A DNA stretch of 61,647 bases, the filler included. It is 13 parts of 13 records of this genome, joined end to end, with 100 filler letters (N's around TTAATTAATTAA, not from the genome) between each part and the next. Parts side by side here need not be neighbours in the genome. Positions count along the whole stretch, not along the records: positions 32,115 to 36,115 come from SRR15195285_2606; positions 36,216 to 41,356 come from SRR15195285_2608; positions 41,457 to 51,047 come from SRR15195285_2614; 10 more parts are not named here. One strand, written 5' to 3'. The notes under the pieces were generated by a model that had not been told where the DNA came from, searched no databases, and was given only the letters and a program-made list of their open reading frames with translations. Positions 35,622 through 45,009 of the stretch are shown here, piece by piece. Positions within the stretch are counted from its first letter, which is position 1. Each line of letters opens with the position of its first letter. Both the position numbers and the translations under genes were made by a program.

Positions 35622-35902
35622 TACTGGGGGACAGGAGTGCAATGTGGAGGGGTCGGGTGGGATGCCATAGGATCTCCTCGACGATGTTAATCAGAGTCTG
35701 ATTTCCTTGTCTGCATGCAAATAATCACTGAAATTCAGTCAGCCCATTGCGTATTTGCTAGATCACCGTCGCGCTCGGCGCAAAGTGGAGTTGCAGCATC
35801 AGGTCGCCACCGCCGCCGCCACGCAGGGACAAACAGCATAGCGTACTAGTAAGAAATGACCGCGCAATGGTTGGCCGATTTGGTCGGTAACGCGAGTGGC
35901 AA

Positions 35903-36115
35903 GTTCGTCTCCAGCACATTGGCACGTATTATGTAGAGATTACGCTTCTGAAGGGCGGAGTATATGGGGGCGCCTATATGGGCCTCGTGGGAGCCGGGTT
36001 TGACGTGGCAGACGCCAAGCTGACGAAGTGGTCTTTGCCGGACTGCTATTTCCATGAGCTGCTCAACACACGCAACGGTAATCCACGGACAGGGGCGTCA
36101 CGTTCGTGGCCTGGT
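35903..36115 (+). CDS. SPRY/B30.2-like fragment at contig end
   Basis: GTYYVEITLLKGGVYGGAYMGLVGAGFD resembles the G.HY.E....MGV SPRY strands; there is an in-frame stop just upstream, so this is either an exon or a relic. Confidence 0.35.
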
Positions 36116-36562
36116 NNNNNNNNNNNNNNNNNNNNNNNNNNNNNNNNNNNNNNNNNNNNTTAATTAATTAANNNNNNNNNNNNNNNNNNNNNNNNNNNNN
36201 NNNNNNNNNNNNNNNGGGGGGGGGGGGGGGGGGGGGGGGGGTCTGCTGGCTCAGTCGCTTCGCGCCGCTGTCTGCTCCTTCGTCCGCTCGTCACGCTGGC
36301 GTTCTCGCCCGCCACCATGGTGGACCACGGTTGACTCGCATCGCGAGGTCATGCACTAGCTACACTACGTTACGCGCTTGCTGCGGCCTGCGGCGCAGAC
36401 CACCTCTCGCTCAACGCTCCGCCCTCGGCGGCTTCGTGTCCGGCCGCTGTGTGTGGCGCCCGTTTCATCAGTCCGGGCCACTTCCGGTTCCAGGTTGCTC
36501 TCGTCGCTATGGGCCAGGAACAAAGAGAAGGTGCGTTCTAGGCGAACGTGGTGTTAAAACGT

Positions 36563-39002
36563 TCATTTACAGTGGTGTGGTTGTGTTTCGGTATACTTGC
36601 CGCAAACACACATTACGCTGGCACAATTTGGGTCGTGCATAGGCGACGGCAGCCCACATGCCGAACACTTCGCCCGCCCACCACTGCCATCGCCACGTGC
36701 TGCCACCGCCTCCACCGTCGTCGGCGGCGTGCAATCGCAGGACGCACCGTTGGCGGTAGTAGCCAAGCCCTTGCACAGAAAGCAAGTCTGAACCTCGCAT
36801 CCACAGCCAATGAGTACGCCGGGCACTGCTGGTCGTGTGCGAAGCCACGCGAGCTGCAGCGAGAGGCGTCGCTCCACATTGGCGACGGACGAGAGCACGC
36901 CGTGCATCTGTGTGGCTGACAGCCGCTTGGACAACACCGCAGCGAGCTCCACTGCCGCACCAGGAGCGCAGCGCATCCACGCCTTCTGCGCTGCTCTCAC
37001 CTCCACCGAATCACCAGCCTGTGAGTTGAAGTCCAGAGAGAGATCGAATGTCGGCAGAATGCTGTCTGTGTGACCACATCCAGCACACGCCACACGCAGG
37101 ATGTCTTCCGCTCGGGTGCTGTAGGCCTCGCCCAGCATCCTCACTGCTTCGTCTGGCTGCTGCTCAGAGCTATGCCCACTCCAGACATCCAGTGGCAGCA
37201 CAGTGAGGCAGAAGGGGCAGCTCACCACTGGGCAAGCATAGCGAGAGGTATCAACAGTGCAGATCTGCAAGTGCCTAGCCCAGCACGGCCGGCAGAAGGT
37301 TGCCCCACAGCTGCTGTCGTCGACGCACGGCCGCACAAGCTGCTGCTCATCCCCGCCGTCCAAACACAGGAAACAGCGCGATTTGGTCGCCACCGCTGAT
37401 GAAGCACGAGGGCCCTTCGGCCGCAAGGTTGTCGCTGTGCTGGAATCACGCTGCGCTTCAGTACGCTTCGCTACATGATGATCAAGGAGGCAGTCCATTG
37501 TCTTGGTCGTAAACTGCTGTCTGCCACTTGCAACGCTTGCATCCAGTCTTGCCAGCATCCCCACTTTCCAAGCAGGATTCGGGTTTGGTGCAGTGACGCT
37601 TCGTCCAGTGACAGCTGAAACGGCTTCTGCTGCCGAGCGGTGCCGCTGCTGCAGCCCATCCAGCCCATTGCGTGTTAAGCCGGCGTTCGTCCAACACCGT
37701 TCCGCCGCGTTGGGCCAAAAGCTTGCGCGACGTCCGTTGCGATACTCAACTTCGACGAAAGGCGAGTAGGTCGCCCATCTGTCGCTATCAGCCCGTGTCG
37801 GGTCAAAGCCTGGAACGTGCACGCGATCGCACTGTGCGCAAGCGCCAACGCATTTGGTCGATCGCCTCGTCCAAAAGCCATAACCGAACTGCTTGCCGAG
37901 GTACTTCCCTACCGTGCAGCTAGCGAATGGCGGCCAGACGGGTGCGTCTGCACCACCTGCTAGGATCACAGTGTCGAGGTGACCGCTCAACTCTAGGTTG
38001 ATCATTGGACCGATCTGAGTTGCAATTGGTGAAGCAGGGAAAGACGCTTCAAGGTGTGCTGGATAGATGAAGTCCTGTCCGAGCAGCACGGGATGGTGGC
38101 TGGTCATCCACACGCCTCGAAAGTAGCAGAGCTCTGTGTTGCGCTTCGGATCGGAGTAGTCGCTGATCCAAATTTTCGTGACCGCACGGAACACCCCGTC
38201 GGCAGTCAGGACACGATCGCCAACCATCAGATTCTGGAGCCGAGTAAACCGCCGTTCGTCATCCACGAACACCCATGTCTTGGGGCCCCAACAGACGTAC
38301 CGCCTCTGGGCTCTACGTTTCTGGTCGCTGATTTCCTGTTTTCGATCGATATCCTTTTGGACGCGCAAATGTGCTTGCAGCTGCGGCTGGTTGCGCCACT
38401 GCATCTGCGAGACCAACATCTTCAACGCAGGAACGCTTAGCGATCGCACGATCGCACGATTGGATGCGACGGACGCCTCCACCACGACATCTTGGTACTG
38501 AGGGCCAGCATCTCTGAAACCGCTAGGACCAAAGTCAACTTGCCGGAGACGCACAATATCACGAGTTTCGCCGTGGTATGGTCGCACGTCGCTACTATCC
38601 ACACACAGCTCAGACACCGAACCATCTTGCAACGAAACCGTCATAGTGCTAGTCTCTGGTTCATCTCCACGCTCGTGACCTGAACCTCTCATCTTCACGT
38701 CCAGTACAACACCCGAAACCCATGCCGATAGCTTGTGCACTTCGCATGAATCACCTGCCATGTAAAAGTTCGTGCTGCGTGCACCGGACCACGTACGGCT
38801 CCAGCTTGGCTCTGAGCGCGGCCTTCCGGGTCGGATCCGTCTCGTTTTTGTGTACGAACGAGCAGGTGGCCAGTCCGCGAAGATATCCTGGGATGGCCGC
38901 GTCGGGATCGCCGCCCGCATCGATCGCCACGGCCTGCGCTACGGCCTCCAACCCCTGCTCCAGCATCTCCTGCCGCCACGGCACCTTCGGCCGCCGGTGC
39001 AT
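36563..39002 (-). CDS. MIT - Tudor-like - Hint (Vint-type) - RBR E3 ligase-like protein; +1 frame discontinuity near 38765
   Basis: MIT: LEQGLEAVAQAVAIDAGGDPDAAIPGYLRGL..NETDPTRKAALRAKLEPYVVR. Hint: CWGPKTWV..LMVGDRVLT..WMTSHHPV..MINLEL..CTVG. RING1: CFLC..C..CGATFCRPC..CPFC. IBR-like: CAGC..CGC..TCFLC. RING2: CSAC..NCASVMCVC. Confidence 0.8.
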
Positions 39003-39445
39003 CGTCAGGACGGACGCCACGCCCACGCCCGCACCCGCGACCTCGGCTGTGCACGGACGGCGGAGTTCAGGTCGATCAGGCGCTCCTCGACGCCACAAAC
39101 CTCTGCCACTCGTGGCTCACGCCCCCACGCGATCTGATGAGGCGTCTACAGGTATTAGCACCTAGTTTGGTCGCGTTTTGTTCCTACACTTGTAGTAACG
39201 GCTAGAGGGGAGTTACGTGAGGTCGCTACCCACGATTCGCTAGTGCTGGGGGGGGGGCATTAGCCTCTGAGACACTCAGGTGCAATGGTCGCCACGTTTC
39301 GGAGCACTAGCGCCAAGTCGCGCCATGTGGCCTGCAGGACGGGTTCCTAGTTTGGTCTACGATTAATATGGTGATTTAGTATGGTAGTATAGTGATTAGT
39401 ATGGTGGTACAGCGTGGACAAGGCCAGCGACAAAAGGACATACGT

Positions 39446-39690
39446 TCATTGAGTTGCTTGCGTAGCTGTGGCAGCTGCCACTAGCCTTCCCCGCCTCTCT
39501 TTGCAAGCCTTCTTCCCACAGATTTGCTTCTGGATCTTGCCGCAGAAGTCGCAGTGGCGCAAGCCGGCAATGGCACACGGTGTCTGACCACAAGCACAAC
39601 CATCCTTGCACTAGGTATTGGCACGCCACCACCAGCCTTTTCCGCATAATCTCTCTGTGCGGCAGCATCGCGGTCAAGGAACGACATTCA
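39446..39690 (-). pseudogene. Frameshifted Cys-rich relic, possibly a DNA-transposase C-terminus
   Basis: CKDGCACGQTPCAIAGLRHCDFCGKIQKQICGKKAC (39610-39503) is preceded by an in-frame TAG; a helical RDAAAQRDYAEK segment lies in another frame. Confidence 0.35.
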
Positions 39691-39757
39691 ACTTCACTCT
39701 AAGCTGCTGCCCATACCAGTACATTCTTGTCCAACGCGGTGGTACTGCATGATTGTT

Positions 39758-41356
39758 CTAACTGCCCCTTGGCCAGCACCTCCTGGCGTCCTCGAGGGCC
39801 ATGGTCGCCTTTATCGCTGTCGCAGCGTCCTCAGCATGCGTCCGCTCCTTAATGTGCTCGAGGGCAAGTGATACGTTGTGATGTAGCTTGCCGCAGTCAG
39901 GATGTGCCACCATGGCCTCGCCGAGGGCGTCGATGCCGCCTGCTTCCTTGATCGCTGCATGCGCGACATCGTCCCCACTGGCGAGCGCCATGATTGCGCC
40001 ACAGCACGCCTCTTGTTGCTGCAATGACCGGCGGTGCTTCTTCATCGAGTCCACGACGATGCGGATGCCGTCGGCCTGCAGAAAGCGCAGCCGATCCTCT
40101 GGTCGATCCTTGTCGTTCAGCAGGATCCACAGCACGCAGCAAGCATTGTAGCTCAAGCTTTCTGAGTCTGGGAAGGTTTTAATCGCTGCAACGAGCGCTT
40201 CAATGCCCCCGACCTCAACAGTGGTGAGCTTCGCTCTAGGTGACTTTGACGCAGCCACCAGGGCCCAGATTGCTCGCACGTGCACTGCCAGGACGCCACC
40301 TTTATCCCTCTCTGACATGCCTTCCTGCCCACGTTTACATGTGAATTCACCTGCAGAAGGCTTCAGAGCCTCCACAAAAGCACGAACTGCGCCGGCGGCC
40401 ACGATCGCTTCCGTGTGCTCTGCTTTCGCCTTGGAATCACGATCACTGACGAAGCCCATGAGTAGTAGGCAAACTGGTGTGACAACATCCGCGTCGCGAG
40501 GGTGTGCTTCCAAGGCTGCCACCGCCATTGCTATCATGTCGCCTGACACCAGGGCCTTGCGTAGAGACTTGGAATGCTTTTCCAGGAGCTTCACAGCGGT
40601 AAACCCCGGATCAAGTACGGCTGGCGAGAGGGGATGTGACCGTAAGGCGATGAGAACCGGGGCGATGTGGCGGCTGGCCGTAGGCTGGCTGTGAGAGAGT
40701 ATCGCCTTCGCGGTGGCGTTGTTGCTCAAATTAACCAGAGCACTGCAGGCTTGCTCGGCCACGCCATGCACTGCATGGTGTTTCGAAAGGCACTCAAGTA
40801 CTTGGTCCATCGCCTGCGCCTTGCACAGCGTCGCTGCCGTGTCATCATTCCGTGTCAGCACGCGCACTGCATGGCAGCCGTACTCGGCTACCCCCGGGTC
40901 ATCTATGTGCGCCTCCAGCGCTGTCAGCACCAGAACGGGGGCGTCATGCTTGCAGAGCACCTTCGCAACCTTTGTTAGTTTGCCTGGGCCCCCACCGTCT
41001 GCAAGGCGGACCACTGCAGCTAAGTGCTCGCGAGCAAGAGTTGCATCTGGTTCCTTCTGCTCACGCATCTGCTTGCACAGGCTGACAGCTTCATCCTTGG
41101 ACCGGACGCACGCGATGTCAGTCCGCGCGATCCGGCCTCGATACATCCGCTGCATCATCACAGTCGCCTCGTGGCGACGGTTGATGAGCGCCAGAATGTC
41201 CAGCTGCGGCGCAGGAGTCACTGGATCGGTCCCGTCAGGCTCGCAATCAGGCTCGGGCTCGGGCTTGGGCTTGGACTCCAGGTCCGGCTCCGGCTCCTGC
41301 GCCGGCTCGTGTGCCTGCGCCGGCTCCAGCTGCGGCTCCGGCTCCGGCTCCGGCTC
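39758..41356 (-). CDS. IQ-motif plus Armadillo-repeat protein (5' partial)
   Basis: EPEP repeats, IQ-like ATVMMQRMYRGRIAR, and ARM repeats (GGIEALVAAIKTFPDSESLSYNACCVLWIL; GIRIVVDSMKKH..QEACCGAIMALA). Confidence 0.85.
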   Translation of the reverse strand, partial: EPEPEPEPQLEPAQAHEPAQEPEPDLESKPKPEPEPDCEPDGTDPVTPAPQLDILALINRRHEATVMMQRMYRGRIARTDIACVRSKDEAVSLCKQMREQKEPDATLAREHLAAVVRLADGGGPGKLTKVAKVLCKHDAPVLVLTALEAHIDDPGVAEYGCHAVRVLTRNDDTAATLCKAQAMDQVLECLSKHHAVHGVAEQACSALVNLSNNATAKAILSHSQPTASRHIAPVLIALRSHPLSPAVLDPGFTAVKLLEKHSKSLRKALVSGDMIAMAVAALEAHPRDADVVTPVCLLLMGFVSDRDSKAKAEHTEAIVAAGAVRAFVEALKPSAGEFTCKRGQEGMSERDKGGVLAVHVRAIWALVAASKSPRAKLTTVEVGGIEALVAAIKTFPDSESLSYNACCVLWILLNDKDRPEDRLRFLQADGIRIVVDSMKKHRRSLQQQEACCGAIMALASGDDVAHAAIKEAGGIDALGEAMVAHPDCGKLHHNVSLALEHIKERTHAEDAATAIKATMALEDARRCWPRGS

Positions 41357-41610
41357 NNNNNNNNNNNNNNNNNNNNNNNNNNNNNNNNNNNNNNNNNNNN
41401 TTAATTAATTAANNNNNNNNNNNNNNNNNNNNNNNNNNNNNNNNNNNNNNNNNNNNTACCCGCTACGTGGTCGGTGCGCGCGCGCCTGGCGGTGCATGCA
41501 GCAGAACCGACATCCCCAACCTCGCTCAACGCATCGCTGGCGGTGTACTCGAGAGTATCTCGGCAGCGCAGGGGTCTCAGAAGTCTTGGCAACGGCAGGC
41601 ACTGACCACG

Positions 41611-44600
41611 ATGATGCTGATGCTGCTGCTGCTGGGCTGCGGAGCGTCGCTCTCACTGGTGGTGGGCCAAGCCGTCCACCAGGAACCCGCCGCCGCCGAG
41701 GGCTTGGGCTACGAGCTGGAACCGTTATCGTTCGAGGGGGCCGGCGGCTTCGTGGGCGGCAAGGCAGCCAACGCCAACGGCAGTCAGTTTTTGAACCTGC
41801 TGGACTCGGCGCGCCGTATGTTCTCTGCAGGCGATCCGGAGCTCATGACGCTCAGCGGCGTGTACGACAGCGCTCATTTCGGCGTCACGGAGGGGTCGGT
41901 CTGGAGTGGCAACATCTGGACACAAAATAGCTACGGCGTGGGCTTCGCCAGCCTGCCCTTCCTGCCGCAGCCCCAACTGCAGTGGATGCAGACAGGATTT
42001 TTGTGGTGGTTCGACCACATGGGAGACGGCGGCCAGACCTTTGGCGGTCTGCCCGACGTTCCCGACGGCATGCTCTGCGACAACGGAAACCCAGGAGGCT
42101 GCAACTACATGCAGTGTGGGGCGGGGCGCCGCCAGCTCGCTGCTTCGCGCGACACGGCGAGCATGGCTGAGCCCGAGGTCATGTTCCCGAGCAAGCGCCG
42201 CGACACGCAGAAGCGCTGGGAGCAGACGCAGGACTTCGCCACCGGTGCGGCCGAGAAGGTTCCATCGCTCGACACGCTGGCGAAGCTGCGCGCCGGTGAT
42301 GCTGACACGCCCGGGCTTGGGCACGATTGGGTGATCGGCGGCACTCTTGCTGGTGGAGTGATGCAGGCCGAGATGCTGCTCACCACCCGGAACATGACAG
42401 CAGTCAGACGCTTCCTACCTCAGCTCCACCGCATCTCGGGGTTTATGGAGGGCCGGCGCGTGCAGGACGCTAGCCCGCTGACACCAGGCACCAAGGGTCT
42501 GTTCAGAGCCGGTAATGGAGCGGACCTTCTGGCTCCATCGTTCGGTGGCTGGCCACTGCCCGTCGGCTGCGTCGTCAACTCAACCTTCAGCAACTGCACG
42601 CAGCGCGCGATGAGCTATCTCACTGAGCTGACTGTGACCTACTCCGCCCTGCTGGACCGCATGATCCAGCTTGAGCAGCTGCTGTATCCAGCCGGTGGCC
42701 ACAACTGCAGCCAGCCGAATGGAGATGCTCAAGGTCCGGCAGACTGCCTTGGGCTGTACAAGGCAAGGAGAGCAGCGAACGACGCATCGATGCAAGGTGT
42801 TATCGCCAAAATGGATTCTGGTTCGGCGTATCTGATCCGCTCGATCGATCCAAACGGTGAGAAGCACGGTGTCTACGCACCTCGCCCACCCTGTCCGCTT
42901 GACGAGCCGTGTCCGGCGGCCCAAAGGCACGGCTACTTCGAGTCCGCGCCTAACCACGATGCAGTCGGACTGCGGGTGGTCAGCGACGAGCTTGCGGCCA
43001 GTATACACAAGAGCATGACCAGCATAGAAGGTCTACGTCCATGTGACTTCACGCTCCCGAACTTCCCGGATTACGACGACTCGTGTGGAAGTTGCGATGG
43101 AGGATTCGGAACTTGGGTGTCAGGTGGAAGCTGGTCTACTGCAGAGGGCCGTGCCATCCTCGCACACTTTCGTGGTGGACGGCCGGACCTTGCGGCTAAC
43201 TCCATGGCTCGGATCCTTGATCCATATGCCAAGCTATTCAAGCTGGACAACCCCATCGCGCATCAAGGGTGTGGTCCAGGGATGTATTCTCAATCCGGCA
43301 GTGGACTGCTCAACAAAGATGGTAAGCCGATTCTCGACATCGACATCTTTGGAATTCCAGCTGCCTTCCTTCACGGGGTACTTGGGTTGCGCTACGGCAG
43401 TGGTGGGCTGGTAGTGGAGCCAACGCTCCCCGATGGGGTAACCGAGATGCAGCAGCATTTCCCTGTGAGATTCGGAAACATTTCGATCTTCTTCAGCATG
43501 TCGGGCACCTCACCACCACCTTCGCCACCAGCACCCACACCACCCCACCCGACACACCCATGGAATTGCGAGCTGTTTGGATGCACGTGCCAAGGTATGG
43601 CGAACTATTATGGAGTGTATTCGGGCGACGGTTTTGGGTGTGCTCCACTAGAGGCACAGAACTGGTGGGATTTACAAGGTGGCGTCTGTGGTGGTGCAAC
43701 AAAGGCGAACGTCAGTTTCTGCAGTGGCCCTGGCTGTACTCCATCAAACCCCTGTGCTACTCCGAAGTGTCATTCGCGTGGGTTCACATGCGACCTCTGC
43801 TCTGATAACTCCACGACCTCGTGCCCAAGTGGTTCCAGCGATTTCCCACCTGTGGTGTACCAGTGGTGGCAGCTGCCAACGAAGGTGCAGATCAATGGCG
43901 AAGAGTGTGCCTCATGCATCGTTCCAGGTGGTAAGAATCGTTCCGTGTCTCTGACTACTGCCCAGTTGCACAGCGTCGGCCAACATGTCGCTGTGCACAT
44001 TACGTTCGGCGAGACGACTGTATCGCCTGAGCCTGAAACGTCCACCACCATCTACTCTGGCGTTCTCGCTCACCAACGCTGGTCCGAACGCCAGAACGCA
44101 CGTGCAACCGTCTCACTTGATGCCATCCACGACAGCGAGTGCACCCCAAACACTGCAGTTCAGACAGCTCTGCGGAACAGCACTGCGTTCTCTGCTGCTA
44201 TGGTGAAGGCAGGCTTGGCAGAAAGCTTTGAAGCCGCACAGTCTGCCGCTTTCCGCGAGGCTGTCAACGCAAGCATTTCCCGTTGCGACGGCCGTGCGTC
44301 TGGTGCAATCGGACCGATCCCTCCTGAACCTGCAAGCTGGAAAAAGTGTGAGTCGGTCGTACGCCGACAACGCACCCGTGTAGTCTCTGTTTGGTCGCGT
44401 GCCTGCCATCTTGTGCGTTCTGTCTGTCTGTCCATGTGAGTTCATCTGCATTCGCGCCCGTGCTCTGTGCGCCAAATACAGACAACATGGAGTACAATCA
44501 ATCGGCGGCTGAGAATTACTTCATCGACCAGCAGTCGCGGATTTGGACTGGCCTCGTCAACCTGATGACCGCTTACTCGTCCCCGAACTCTGGCCTTGCC

Positions 44601-44847
44601 TCCCCAGAGCATATGAAGATTGCCGCACTGTTTTTCGGTGCGCCTCCAAGCAGTTCTTTTCTTGTGGTGTTTCACGGGCAGTCGGGAAGCTGACACGCGT
44701 GCGTATGCAACAGGCAAGACGGTGGAAGAAGCTCAAGCGATCGCTCTGGAGATGGAAAAGACTGAAGCAGATCGGTCCATAGATGCGCTGCAGCAACAGC
44801 TTTCACGGGCACGTCAGAAACGGGTTTCACTGGACGCAGCAAAGTAG
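41611..44847 (+). CDS. Secreted six-hairpin-glycosidase-like protein with Cys-rich module; exons 41611-44347, 44482-44637, 44714-44847
   Basis: Signal peptide MMLMLLLLGCGASLSLVVG; WTQNSYG, HGYFESAPNHDAV, GTWVSGGSWSTAEGRAIL; C-terminal FLHGVLGLRY...LVVEPTLP typical of (alpha/alpha)6 GH enzymes; introns restore the frame. Confidence 0.65.
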
Positions 44848-45009
44848 TAGCAAAACGCCAAGGTGGGCAAGGATGATTTCAAGTTGTCAAGTTGTCAAGT
44901 TGTGTTGGAATGTGAACAACAATGTTGATGAATGCATTGGTTGCCCCGAACACATAATGCAATGCGCGGTAAAGCTGTCATCAGCGTGATGCATCGCTTA
45001 GCGTCGTGG

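Noticed and set aside
37870-38293. Hint domain as a mobile intein
   Set aside because: There is no C-terminal His-Asn/Cys-Ser-Thr junction and no homing endonuclease, and it is not inserted within a conserved host domain; it fits Vint/Hedgehog-type Hint instead.
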